A stretch of 63,375 nucleotides of DNA from Candidatus Limnocylindria bacterium (GTDB lineage: Bacteria > Chloroflexota > Limnocylindria > P2-11E): assembly GCA_038227105.1 (NCBI GenBank), contig JBBRQB010000004.1, positions 1 to 63,375 on the forward strand. The letters run 5' to 3'. Made by a program: the position numbers and the translations under genes. Below the pieces are notes generated by a model. The model made no database searches and had not been told where the DNA came from. It saw nothing but the letters and a program-made list of their open reading frames with translations. Shown one piece after another: positions 16,065 to 25,501 of this stretch (position 1 is its first letter; every line of letters begins with the position of its first letter).

Positions 16065-17944
16065 AGCGACTCCTGCTGGCCACCGCGCTCGCGATCGCGG
16101 GCGCGGCGGCCGGCGCGACACCGGTCAGCGCCCACGCGAACTACGTCCGGTCCAATCCGGCGGCCGACGCACGCCTCGTGCGGCCGCCGGCCGAGGTCCG
16201 CGTCGCGTTCAGTGAGCCACCCGATCCGAAGGGCAGCTCGATCCAGGTCCTCGACGAGAAAGGACAGCGCTGGGATCTCGGCAACACCGCGCCCTCGGAT
16301 GAATCGAACGGCCTGAAGGTCGGGCTCAAGCCCATCGGCAATGGCGGCTATCTCGTCTCCTGGACGGCCGTCTCGGCCGTGGACGGTCATGAGACGAGGG
16401 GCACATTCGCGTTCGTCGTCGGCGATGGCCCGCTTCCGGCCCTCGCCGACGTGCCGAACGCCGCGGCGCCGCCGACACCGCTCGAGGTCGCGGCGCGAGC
16501 GCTGTCCTACTCGGGCATCGCGCTGGCGCTCGGGACCGCGCTGTTCGGGCTCGTCGTCCAGGCGGCAGACGGTGCGTCCGAGGAGAAGCGGGAGCGGCAG
16601 CTGTTCATGGTCGCCGCCGGTCTGATCGTCGTCGGCTCCGCGGGAATGGTCTTCGCACAGGGCGACCGCATCCCTCCGCGACTGGAGCTGCTTCTCAGCA
16701 TCCGGCTGCTCGCGGGCCTTGGTGTCGCCGCGGCTCTCGCGCGCGCGGTTTCGGCCCCCCGGCGCCGCTACCTCGTGCTCGCCTGCGGTGGCGTCGCGGC
16801 CCTGACCGCGACGCTCGTGTCGCATGCGACGGCCCTCGGCGACGTCAAGTCCATGGCGCTCGATCTCGTCCATGTCCTGTCCATCTCGGCGTGGAGCGGT
16901 GGCGTCGTCGCGTTCCTCTGGATCCATCTGCGATCGACCACGGATGGGCCGGAGGCGCTGCGGCGCACCACCTGGCGCTTCTCGATCGTCGCGATGGCCT
17001 CGGTCGCGCTGCTCGTCACGGCCGGTGTGCTCCAGGCCCTCGATCGCCTCGTGCTCCTCGAGGACCTGTACGAGACGCCCTACGGCATCGCCCTGGCGGT
17101 GAAGATCGGGCTCCTGCTCATCGTCCTCGCGGTCGCGTCGTTCAATCTGCTGCGCTACGGGCCGCACGGCGACCGCCGCGCGCTCCGGCGCGGGACCGCC
17201 ATCGAGGCGGCGCTGTTCGTCGGGATCTTCGTCGCGGCAGGCGTGCTCACGGCGCTCGCGCCGCCGGCGCAGGCGACCGGCGCGGCGTTGGACCAGACCC
17301 AGCACGTCGGCGGCTACCGCGTGGAGCTTGTCGTGCCGGTGTCGATCCCCGGCCGCAATCGGTACGTCGTCCGCGTGCAGCAGGGACTCACACCGGTGAC
17401 GCACGCGGAGAAGGTCGCGCTGCGCTTCACGATGGTGGAGCACGACATGGGCGAGACCGAGCTCATCGCGACGGAACGCGCGCCGGGCGAGTACGTGGCG
17501 GAGGGCAGCCCGACCGCGATGTACGGGACGTGGAAGACGCAGGTCATCGTCCGATTGACCGGCAAGGACGACGTGCGCGCACTGTTCGTCGTCCCGATCT
17601 CGCAGCAGGGCGGCCAGGGCGCGACGGCGATGGCGCTCTCCGCGAACGTGTACAGCCTGGTCGTCTTCCCCGAGCCGAGCCTGCCGGTCGAGGGCGCGCC
17701 CATCGCCCTGAACGTCGTCGTCCTCGACAAGGCGGGTAGCCCCGCACTGGGTCTCAAGATCACGGGGAAGCTGTCGGCGAAGAGCCGGCAGCCCGCGCAG
17801 AACGACGCCCTGACCGCGACGGAGCTTGGCACGGGCCGCTACAAGATGGACATCGCCGGACTCCCGAAGGGCAGCTGGGGCGTGACATTGACCATCGGCG
17901 ATCCCGCCAACACGGCCGAGTACACGTTCACCGTGTCACCATGA
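16061..17944 (+). CDS. CopC-CopD fusion with C-terminal YtkA/FixH-like Ig domains
   Basis: SA-HANYVRSNP (CopC His1), W-x-x-VS-x-DGH, CopD motifs SHA and DLVHVLSISAWSGG, then M-x-x-HDMG and GRY...GSW beta domains. Confidence 0.88.
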   Translation: MKRLLLATALAIAGAAAGATPVSAHANYVRSNPAADARLVRPPAEVRVAFSEPPDPKGSSIQVLDEKGQRWDLGNTAPSDESNGLKVGLKPIGNGGYLVSWTAVSAVDGHETRGTFAFVVGDGPLPALADVPNAAAPPTPLEVAARALSYSGIALALGTALFGLVVQAADGASEEKRERQLFMVAAGLIVVGSAGMVFAQGDRIPPRLELLLSIRLLAGLGVAAALARAVSAPRRRYLVLACGGVAALTATLVSHATALGDVKSMALDLVHVLSISAWSGGVVAFLWIHLRSTTDGPEALRRTTWRFSIVAMASVALLVTAGVLQALDRLVLLEDLYETPYGIALAVKIGLLLIVLAVASFNLLRYGPHGDRRALRRGTAIEAALFVGIFVAAGVLTALAPPAQATGAALDQTQHVGGYRVELVVPVSIPGRNRYVVRVQQGLTPVTHAEKVALRFTMVEHDMGETELIATERAPGEYVAEGSPTAMYGTWKTQVIVRLTGKDDVRALFVVPISQQGGQGATAMALSANVYSLVVFPEPSLPVEGAPIALNVVVLDKAGSPALGLKITGKLSAKSRQPAQNDALTATELGTGRYKMDIAGLPKGSWGVTLTIGDPANTAEYTFTVSP

Positions 17945-18123
17945 GCGCGATGGACGTCGTGCTTCTGCACGGAGCGACCGGGTTGCTCGACGAGCTCATC
18001 ATGTTCGGCCTTCCACTGGTGATCTTCGGCGCCCTCTACCTGTGGTCGACCCGGCAGGAGAGGAAGCGGAAGAAGGACGAAGCCCGCGCGGCCGATGCAG
18101 CCGCCGGCCGGACCGAGAAGTGA
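17941..18123 (+). CDS. Small single-TM membrane protein (60 aa)
   Basis: Translationally coupled on both sides (ATGA and GTGA overlaps); one TM helix followed by a basic tail. Confidence 0.7.
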   Translation: MSAMDVVLLHGATGLLDELIMFGLPLVIFGALYLWSTRQERKRKKDEARAADAAAGRTEK

Positions 18124-18680
18124 CCTTCCCCGTCAGCCGCCAGGGTCTCGAGCAGATCGCGCTCGCGCTCGCGATCGGCGTCGTCCTGTTCAGTGCGCTC
18201 GCGCTCATCCGCTGGCGCCGGAAGGATGACTACCGCCGCTTCGCGATCTCGGCCGGCATCCTCGGCGGGCTTGCGGTGGCGGCGCTGATCATCGGATACA
18301 CGATCGCGCCGAACATCCCAACGCCGCCGGTCCCGCTGACCGCGCGGTTCCTCGCGAACCCGACGGCGAACACGCCGGAGACGGTCGCGAAGGGCAAGGC
18401 GCTCTACCAGTCGAACTGCGCGATCTGCCACGGCATCTCCGGACGAGGTGACGGTCCCGCGGCGTTCACCCTCGTCCCCCGCCCGGTGAACCTGCAGCTC
18501 CACGTGCCGCAGCACGCCACGGGCGAGGTCTTCTACTGGATCGCGAACGGCGTTCCGGGGACCGCGATGCCCGCATGGGGCGATGTCGATCCCGCCACCG
18601 GCAAGGCGAAGCTCTCCGACGAGGAGCGCTGGTCCGTCATTCGCTACCTCGACGCCCTTGCCAGAGGTGAGAACCCGTGA
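18120..18680 (+). CDS. Membrane-anchored monoheme cytochrome c
   Basis: Two TM helices, CAICH heme motif, GDGP, AMPAW distal Met; GTGA overlap with the upstream stop. Confidence 0.9.
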   Translation: MTFPVSRQGLEQIALALAIGVVLFSALALIRWRRKDDYRRFAISAGILGGLAVAALIIGYTIAPNIPTPPVPLTARFLANPTANTPETVAKGKALYQSNCAICHGISGRGDGPAAFTLVPRPVNLQLHVPQHATGEVFYWIANGVPGTAMPAWGDVDPATGKAKLSDEERWSVIRYLDALARGENP

Positions 18681-19192
18681 TCTTCAGCATGACGACGCCC
18701 TGGTACGAGATCCTGCTGCGTACCTTCGTCGTGTACTTCGCCGTGCTGATCCTCCTGCGCACTGCCGGCAAGCGTGAGCTCGGTCAGATGACCCCATTCG
18801 ATCTCGTCGTCATCCTCGTCATCGCGAACGCGGTGCAGAACGCGATGACCGGTGGCGACAACTCGCTGACCGGCGGCATCCTCGCGGCAGCGACCCTCAC
18901 GTTCGTGAACATCCTGGTCGGGCGCTTCGGATCGCGCATCCCGGTGTTCCGGCGCCTGGTCGCGAGCCAGCCGACGCTCCTGCTCCAAGACGGCGAGCCG
19001 ATCAAGGAAAACCTCGAGCAGGAGCACGTCGACATCGAAGAGCTCGAGATGGCTGCCCGCCAGCACGGGATCCCCGACCTCGCCGAGGTCGCCGCGGCGG
19101 TCCTCGAGGAGGACGGCTCCATCAGCATCATCCCGAAGAAGGGCGGCACCATGTACAAGGCGCGGCGGTTCCGCCAGTTCAAGAACCGCTGA
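18677..19192 (+). CDS. DUF421/YetF family membrane protein
   Basis: GKRELGQMTPFDLVV, G-x-PIKENL, AVLEEDGSISII. Confidence 0.92.
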   Translation: MIFSMTTPWYEILLRTFVVYFAVLILLRTAGKRELGQMTPFDLVVILVIANAVQNAMTGGDNSLTGGILAAATLTFVNILVGRFGSRIPVFRRLVASQPTLLLQDGEPIKENLEQEHVDIEELEMAARQHGIPDLAEVAAAVLEEDGSISIIPKKGGTMYKARRFRQFKNR

Positions 19193-19234
19193 GAGCGCGC
19201 GCGGCCGCCGAATGACCGCGCGCGCTCTCAGCGG
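19186..19234. terminator. Perfect 19-bp stem-loop between convergent genes (probable bidirectional terminator)
   Basis: CCGCTGAGAGCGCGCGCGG (19186-19204), 11-nt loop, CCGCGCGCGCTCTCAGCGG (19216-19234); no U tract. Confidence 0.7.
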
Positions 19235-19237
19235 GTC

Positions 19238-19498
19238 CTAGGTCGATCGACCCGCGGGTCGCATCCGCCGCCAGACCCAGAGCACGATGAGCGCGCCGAG
19301 GATCGAGCCCAGGATGCCGGCGGCGCTGAGCTCGAGGCCACCGCCAAAGAGCACGTTGAGCAGCGTGCCGCCGACGAGCGAACCGACGATGCCGAGGACC
19401 ATGGTGCCGAGCCAGCCCATCGGGTCGGGGCCAGGCATGAGCCAGCGCGCGATGGCGCCGGCGATGAGACCGATGACGATCCAGCCGATGATCCCCAT
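19238..19498 (-). CDS. GlsB/YeaQ/YmgE (transglycosylase-associated) stress membrane protein
   Basis: MGIIGWIVIGLIAGAIARWLMPG...LGIVGSLVGG...SILGALIVLWV. Confidence 0.93.
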   Translation of the reverse strand: MGIIGWIVIGLIAGAIARWLMPGPDPMGWLGTMVLGIVGSLVGGTLLNVLFGGGLELSAAGILGSILGALIVLWVWRRMRPAGRST

Positions 19499-19500
19499 GG

Positions 19501-19980
19501 CTAGAGCTCCACCTGGTCGCGCTCGGGCATCGCCTCTTCCGTCTGCTCGCGCTTCCGTTGCTCCATCCGCGTGCCGAGGTCCTCGAGCTCCTCCCGGGTG
19601 AAGTGCTGGCGCACGAGCTTGAACATGTCTTCCTCTTCTTCGCCGATGTGGTGCTCGACGTTCTCCTTGGTCACCTTGAACTTCGCGGCCCAGTGCTCGT
19701 CGTCGAACGGCGTGTGCTTGAGCTGCTCGACGATGTCGTCGACGAGGTGGTGCTCCTCGAGCGCCTCGAGGACGATCGCGTTGAGCGCCTTGACGTCCTT
19801 GGACTTGAGCTCGGGGTAGAAGATCTCCTCCTCGATGTTCTCGTGGATCGTCAGCTCCTTGAGGAGCTTCGTCCACTTCTCCTGGCGCGTCTTGACGCCA
19901 CGCTCGGTGGTCTTCTCGAGATCGTCCATCAGTGTCTTGGCCTTGTCGTGGTCTTCCTTCAGCAGGGTGAGTGCGTTCAT
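19501..19980 (-). CDS. Hemerythrin (HHE cation-binding) domain protein
   Basis: L-x-x-DH, HENIEEEIFYP, EEHH, HHIGEEEEDMF. Confidence 0.92.
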   Translation of the reverse strand: MNALTLLKEDHDKAKTLMDDLEKTTERGVKTRQEKWTKLLKELTIHENIEEEIFYPELKSKDVKALNAIVLEALEEHHLVDDIVEQLKHTPFDDEHWAAKFKVTKENVEHHIGEEEEDMFKLVRQHFTREELEDLGTRMEQRKREQTEEAMPERDQVEL

Positions 19981-20049
19981 GCAATCCCTCCGGCGCCGTG
20001 TCTCTAGGAGCCCGGCAAGTCGCCTGCCAGCCCGGCGTGTAACGGCGCT

Positions 20050-21417
20050 CTAGACCGGGCTCGATCCGGTGATCGTGGCGCGCGACACCTTCATCGCGGG
20101 GGCGAGGCAGACGATCGACCCCATCCCATTCGTGCTCCACCAGTCGCGTACGAGACGCTGGGGTCCGAGCAGGTCGATGCCGGCGAAGAGGTCGAGCGCG
20201 CTCATCGTGTAGCGCACGTTCGCGAGCGCGCGCGTGATCTTTCCGTCCTCGATGAGGAACGTGCCGTCGCGCGTCGTGCCGGTCATCGTCGCGCGTTTCG
20301 GATCCGGCGTGTTCGTGTAATGGAAGCGCGTGATGAGGATCCCCCGCTTCACCGCGCCGATGAGCTCGGCGTGTGTTGCGGTCCCCCCGGCCATCACGAG
20401 GTTGCCGGCGTGCCCGCCACGCCCGTACCGGCTGGGGTCCGCGGCGTGGCCGGTCGAGCGCGTGCCTGCTGCCTTGGCTGACCAGCGGTCGTAGACCGGA
20501 CCGACCGCGATGCCGCGGTCGACGAGCGTCATCCGCTGTTTCGGCGTGCCCTCAGGATCGAACGGAAGCGCGAGCTGGCCGGGGTGGAGCGCGTCGTCGT
20601 GCAGCGTGAACTTCGGACCGGTGACCTGCTGCCCGATCGCGCCCGCGAGGAACGAGCGGCCTTCCCGGACGGCCTGGCCGGAGAGGCCGGTGATCGACAT
20701 GATCCGCAGGATCTCCGCGACCGCGTCCTCCTCGAACACCGCCTCGTAGTCGCCTGGGTCGAGCTGCATGCGGTCGCGGTCGAGATCGCACTTCTCCATC
20801 GCGCGCCCGGCGATCCCATCCGGATCGAGATCGCTCGCGCGATGCGACAGGTCGTCGGCGTACCCGCTACCACCGTGGTCGCCAAGCACGAGGGCGCGCA
20901 GATACGCGACGGTCATCGGCGCGTGTGCCGCGACGCCGTTCGTGTTCGCGAGGGCATCCTCGATCACGTCCACGCTGTGCGTGCCGGCGGCCCGGAAACC
21001 CGTCGTTGCGGCGAGCTCCGCGATACGCCCGACCGGGCTCGCCTGCTCCGCCGCGGCGAACGCGGCGGTCGCGGCATCGAACGCGATCGGGTGCCGGAGC
21101 TCGGATGGCGTCGCCAGGCCGGGCCAGTCGGCGTTCGGCGCCTGCAGACGCGCGAGCTCGGCCGCGCGCGCGAGCAGGCCAGCGAGCGCATCCGGTTCCA
21201 GGGAGTTGCCGGAGGTCGCGCCGATCGCCGAGCCGATGACGGCGCGTGCGTGCACGTGGGTCTCGTCGGACACTGCGTTCTGGTGGATCGACGAGTGCGA
21301 ATAGCGCGTGATGGCCGCGCGGCGACGGTGGACCCAGAGGTCCGCCTCAGGAAGGCCGCTGTCCTTCAGCGCCTTCCGCAGCGGGGTGAGCAGCGCGTCC
21401 GAGCCGAGGAGAGTCAC
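20050..21417 (-). CDS. pmbA: TldE/PmbA family protein (non-catalytic partner)
   Basis: PFDPEGTP, TGHA, TGTTRDGTFLIEDG; no HExxxH motif; adjacent to tldD. Confidence 0.85.
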   Translation of the reverse strand: MTLLGSDALLTPLRKALKDSGLPEADLWVHRRRAAITRYSHSSIHQNAVSDETHVHARAVIGSAIGATSGNSLEPDALAGLLARAAELARLQAPNADWPGLATPSELRHPIAFDAATAAFAAAEQASPVGRIAELAATTGFRAAGTHSVDVIEDALANTNGVAAHAPMTVAYLRALVLGDHGGSGYADDLSHRASDLDPDGIAGRAMEKCDLDRDRMQLDPGDYEAVFEEDAVAEILRIMSITGLSGQAVREGRSFLAGAIGQQVTGPKFTLHDDALHPGQLALPFDPEGTPKQRMTLVDRGIAVGPVYDRWSAKAAGTRSTGHAADPSRYGRGGHAGNLVMAGGTATHAELIGAVKRGILITRFHYTNTPDPKRATMTGTTRDGTFLIEDGKITRALANVRYTMSALDLFAGIDLLGPQRLVRDWWSTNGMGSIVCLAPAMKVSRATITGSSPV

Positions 21418-22850
21418 GCCCGAACCTCTATCGGCCGGTCGCGGAACCGTGCGTGGGCGGCGCCGTGGCCGACGCGCATGAGCTGGAGCGGCTCACCCTT
21501 CGCGCAGGAGAGGAACCCGTGCAGCTCCCAATCGTCGGCGACGCCATCGCAGCTGCCCCAGAAGTGTGGCGTCAGTGACTGGAATGCGACCCCGCGCACG
21601 TATTCGCCGAACTCGCCGTTCCGGATGACGCGCGCCACCTGGGTGGAGAAGTGGAAGTTCTGGCGCTTGTCGTCCAGCGAGTAGGACGCGGGCGATTCGA
21701 GCAGCAGGCCGTCGTCGACGCCGCGCACGAGGTCCTCGTACGTCGCTGCCCCGGGCTCGAGGCTCACGTTGACCATCCGCACGATCGGGAAGTGCTGCCA
21801 ACCCTCGGCTCGCGCCGCGCCGCCGCTGCGCGCGATACCAAGGGCGCCCGCGGTCTCGCGGCTGCTCAGGTAGCCGGTGAAGATCCCCTGCTCGATGAGC
21901 GGCGTGCGGGTCGCGGCAACGCCGTCGTCGTCCCAGCCGAAGGTGCCCATGCCGCCGGGGACCGTCGCGTCGGCGGTCAGGCTGACATGCTCTGAGCCAT
22001 AGCGGAGCGTGCCGCGGTCTTTCGGCCACATGAACGTGGTGCCGGCGAACGCGACCTCGTGCTCGAGCACGCGATCCGACTCGGTGGGATGGCCGCAGGA
22101 CTCGTGGACCAGCAGCGCGAGGAACGGCTGGTCGATGACAAGCGTCGTGGGCCGCTCGTCCGCGGGCTTGGCGACGAGCATGGCCTCGACGTCCTTCGCG
22201 AACGTCCGCGCGTGCGCCAGCACGTCGAACTCGTCGACGAACTCCCACCCTGCCTGACGGACGTTGCGCATGTCGCTGCGTGTCGCGGGCTTGAAGCCCG
22301 CCGTGGTCGCCGTGACGGTCATCCCTGCGCCGCACTCGACGATCTCCTGGCGCACGTCGGTGCCCTCGCTCGTCACCAGCCGTTTCCGGGTGCGGTACGA
22401 GGCGACGGATGAGCGGCGCAGCGTTGCATTCGGCGTCGCGAGGATGGCGTCGGCCGCTCGAAGGAGATCGATGCGCTCGTGCAGTGGCACCGTGAACGGA
22501 TCCCGGCGGAGCGGGGTGCGGTACTCGCCGCGCTGCGGCTCCGCCGGCGCGAGCACGACCTTCCGTCGCTGTACCGAGGCCGCTGCCTCCGCCCGCTCGC
22601 GCGCCTCGCCGAACAGCGCGTCGAGCCCATCGACCGTCGCGACACGATCGGATGCGGCGAAGCCCCAGCTGCCATCGACGATGACGCGGACGCCGACGCC
22701 GCGATCGGCGTCGCGGTCCACGCTCTCGACCTGGCCGTCCTTCACCGCGACCGATTCGCTCTCGCGTTCGACGAAGCGCGCATCGGCGTACGTGGCACCG
22801 TCACGCGTCGCCCGTTCGACGGCCCCCGGAAGGCGGCTATCTTCCAGCAC
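21414..22850 (-). CDS. tldD: TldD metalloprotease
   Basis: HESCGHPTESDR zinc motif, WDDDG, RMVN, SCAKGEP. Start GTG 22850 lies 7 nt after a TAGCCT -10; the ORF-track start at 23108 is probably too long. Confidence 0.9.
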   Translation of the reverse strand: MLEDSRLPGAVERATRDGATYADARFVERESESVAVKDGQVESVDRDADRGVGVRVIVDGSWGFAASDRVATVDGLDALFGEARERAEAAASVQRRKVVLAPAEPQRGEYRTPLRRDPFTVPLHERIDLLRAADAILATPNATLRRSSVASYRTRKRLVTSEGTDVRQEIVECGAGMTVTATTAGFKPATRSDMRNVRQAGWEFVDEFDVLAHARTFAKDVEAMLVAKPADERPTTLVIDQPFLALLVHESCGHPTESDRVLEHEVAFAGTTFMWPKDRGTLRYGSEHVSLTADATVPGGMGTFGWDDDGVAATRTPLIEQGIFTGYLSSRETAGALGIARSGGAARAEGWQHFPIVRMVNVSLEPGAATYEDLVRGVDDGLLLESPASYSLDDKRQNFHFSTQVARVIRNGEFGEYVRGVAFQSLTPHFWGSCDGVADDWELHGFLSCAKGEPLQLMRVGHGAAHARFRDRPIEVRA

Positions 22851-22866
22851 TGCCTTCAGGCTAGAC

Positions 22867-23055
22867 TTGAGCGAAACGGCGCGCGTGCCGGTCGAAGAGT
22901 CCAACGAGCTGCTCGCGGACATCGTGTCCTTTGAAGTCCCTTTGAAGGATCCGGTGGTCGGGGAGAACATCGAGCGGATCTCGAGACGAGTCGGGTGGTA
23001 CGCGGAGCGCCTACATATCGGAGAAACCATTGCCCGACGTCGCCCTCCTAATTGA
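22867..23055 (+). CDS. Possible unannotated small ORF (62 aa) upstream of and overlapping the NYN gene
   Basis: TTG...TGA reading LSETARVPVEESNELLADIVSFEVPLKDPVVGENIERISRRVGWYAERLHIGETIARRRPPN; gene-like GC3 bias; no clear SD. Confidence 0.35.
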   Translation: MSETARVPVEESNELLADIVSFEVPLKDPVVGENIERISRRVGWYAERLHIGETIARRRPPN

Positions 23056-24730
23056 CTGGGAGAACGTCTACTACACCCTTCGGCAACACACTGAAGGTCC
23101 GCTTCCATCCTCGCTATCGATCCTGCAGGCGATCCTGCAAAAGGCCGCCGAGTTCGGCCCGGTCCGCGTCAAGCAGGCCATCTTCGGCTCCGAGGTCGTC
23201 TCGCAGGACGAGACCCTCCTCATGGCCCTCGAGTTCACCGGCATGGAGCCGGTGGCCGTCGCCCAGCGCATGAGCGGCCGGCTCCTCAAGGGCCGCTCGG
23301 ACGCGGTCCTCATCACCCGCACGATGAAGCTCCTCTACAAGGAGCGTCCCGACATCGACGTCTGGTTCATCGTCTCGGGCGACCGCGACCTGAACGCGCT
23401 CTGCAAGGCGCTCAAGGACGAGGACAAGGCCGTCTACCTCATCGCGGGTGACAAGGCCCTCGCGAACGAGCTGCGTGACTCCCCGTATCTCCGCGATGGC
23501 GTCTTCCTCCTCGAGGACCTCATCCCGGAAGCACGGTGGACCCGCACCGGCATCCTCCGCACCGACGACACCCAGGCGGGCAAGGACGAGATCCGCCCGC
23601 TCCGCACCCGCGGCACGCGTGGCGGCCGCGGCCGGAGCCCCGCAGCCGCGGGCCCGGTTGTCCCGGCCCGCGCAGCCCCGATCGCGAGCATCCCGGCCGT
23701 CGTGCCGACCGGCTCACCGGAATCCGAAAAGGAGCAGCGCCGCCTCGCGGTACTGCTCCTCGACCAGCTCGTCGCGCTCCGCGCCGACCAGATGCCCCGC
23801 GGCGACTTCGTCCGCAGCGTCGTGCCGCTGTCGCACAAGGAAGCGTCGAGCGTGCTCGACCAGCGCATCGACTTCGGCGTCGCCCAGCACCACATCCGTG
23901 CCGAGCAGCCGGCGCGCACCCGCCTCAAGGACAAACAGCTCCTGTCCCTCGAGTTCGGCGATCCGCTCGTCGCGGAGACGCTGTTCCACCTCGTGCGGGT
24001 GCTCCGTCGCATCGACTCGGTCACCAGTAAGGACACGCGGCGCATCCCGGCGGTCGAGGCCGTCCTCGATCCGCTGTCCCGCGCCGATCAGCCCGGCGGC
24101 CTCGCCAAGGGCCGTACCCAGCGCCGCCAGCTCCTCGAGACGCTGTTCAACATCGCCGAGGAGCGCGGCGCCATCGCCACCGAACAGGTCAGCCGGGACG
24201 GCCGGCAGGTCACGATGTGCTGGCTGGTCGAGGGGCACCCCCTCGTCCGGTACGCCCGTCAGCCCGGCGCCGCGATCGTCCACCTCTTCAACTTCGTCAA
24301 CAGCACCCGCTCGAAGGACGACAAGACCGAGTGGGTCAACACGGCGCTCTTCAGCGAGCTGCTCTCCCGTGTGGAGGGCGATGCGCTCGAGTCCAACATC
24401 AAGCGTGCGGTCGAGTCTGCCCTGATGCGGGCGGAGGAGCACGGCCGCAAGGCCGGATTCGTCATGGATAGGCAGCATTCGGACGCCCGCGCGATGCTCG
24501 GCGAATTCAGCCGCCTCAACGGTGTCGACCACGACGCTGAAGCCGCCCCACGTTCGGCGTTGGCGGCCGGTGACACGGACCACGATGACGACATGGAGGG
24601 CGGGGACAGCGCGACGCCACCGCTGGAGACGGGCGAGCCCGCGGCGGCCGGCGACATCATCAAGCCGAAGCGCAGACGCGGCCGCCGCGGCGGGCGGGGA
24701 CGGCACAAGCCGGCGACGCCGGCGGCTTAG
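23030..24730 (+). CDS. NYN (LabA/DUF88, PIN-like) domain ribonuclease with long C-terminal extension
   Basis: LIDWEN, KGRSD and SGDRDL acidic triad; GGAG SD before the TTG; Arg/Gly-rich tail. Confidence 0.85.
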   Translation: MPDVALLIDWENVYYTLRQHTEGPLPSSLSILQAILQKAAEFGPVRVKQAIFGSEVVSQDETLLMALEFTGMEPVAVAQRMSGRLLKGRSDAVLITRTMKLLYKERPDIDVWFIVSGDRDLNALCKALKDEDKAVYLIAGDKALANELRDSPYLRDGVFLLEDLIPEARWTRTGILRTDDTQAGKDEIRPLRTRGTRGGRGRSPAAAGPVVPARAAPIASIPAVVPTGSPESEKEQRRLAVLLLDQLVALRADQMPRGDFVRSVVPLSHKEASSVLDQRIDFGVAQHHIRAEQPARTRLKDKQLLSLEFGDPLVAETLFHLVRVLRRIDSVTSKDTRRIPAVEAVLDPLSRADQPGGLAKGRTQRRQLLETLFNIAEERGAIATEQVSRDGRQVTMCWLVEGHPLVRYARQPGAAIVHLFNFVNSTRSKDDKTEWVNTALFSELLSRVEGDALESNIKRAVESALMRAEEHGRKAGFVMDRQHSDARAMLGEFSRLNGVDHDAEAAPRSALAAGDTDHDDDMEGGDSATPPLETGEPAAAGDIIKPKRRRGRRGGRGRHKPATPAA

Positions 24731-25020
24731 CCCTCCAGGTCCACCACGAGGACCTGTGCGGTGGCTGCGCGGGTGCGCGCCGCCACCGCCACGTGCGCGG
24801 GATGCGTCAAGTACGCCTCGAGCCCTACCCGGTCGTCGAAGGTCCCGTGCAGAACGTGCGTGTAGCCCTGGGCCGCCGCGGGGCTGATGTTCTCGGCCAC
24901 CTCGAGCGAACGCAGCGAGGGCACGCTCGATCTCAACCCGCGCAGGTCGTCCAGGATCGCGGCGCGCTCGGCGAGCGGCACCTCATCTTTGAACGAGAAC
25001 AGGACGATGTGCCGGAGCAC
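24727..25020 (-). CDS. Dabb family stress-responsive alpha/beta barrel protein
   Basis: RHIVLFSFK, GYTH, F-x-D-x-x-GLEAYLTHPAH; CATCAT-N6-GTG. Confidence 0.9.
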   Translation of the reverse strand: MLRHIVLFSFKDEVPLAERAAILDDLRGLRSSVPSLRSLEVAENISPAAAQGYTHVLHGTFDDRVGLEAYLTHPAHVAVAARTRAATAQVLVVDLEG

Positions 25021-25096
25021 CGACCGATGATGACACGTCTCGGTAACGGCCCGACGCATGAGCATCCGTGGCACCCGTACTGCGGTCCGTATCGCC

Positions 25097-25501
25097 ATGG
25101 TGAAGGGTGCCCGCGCCCGAATGGTCCTGATCGTCGAGGATGACGAGCCCATCGGCGACGTGCTCGTGACGGCGATAAACGACGAGCGGGGCTACCGTGC
25201 CGTGCGCGTCGGCACCGCGGACGAAGCGCTCGAGGCGCTTGCGCGGACTCCCACCGATGTGCTGCTGCTCGACATCCAGCTCCACGGCATGTCCGGGCTC
25301 GAGCTGTACGACCGCCTTCGGGCCGACGCTCGCTTCAAAAAGCTTCCGGTCGTGTTCGAGACCGCCGGCGGTCGGGCCAACGCCGACGCGCTGCGCGAAC
25401 GCGGGATCGCGACCTACGTGAAGAAGCCGTTCGACATCGAGGAGCTCGTCCGCTTCGTGAAGTGTCTCGCTCCGCTGCCGCGGGCACAGGTCGGCGGCTA
25501 G
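25097..25501 (+). CDS. Stand-alone response-regulator receiver domain
   Basis: VLIVEDD, LLLDIQL, ETA, KKPF; the start could alternatively be 25121. Confidence 0.88.
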   Translation: MVKGARARMVLIVEDDEPIGDVLVTAINDERGYRAVRVGTADEALEALARTPTDVLLLDIQLHGMSGLELYDRLRADARFKKLPVVFETAGGRANADALRERGIATYVKKPFDIEELVRFVKCLAPLPRAQVGG

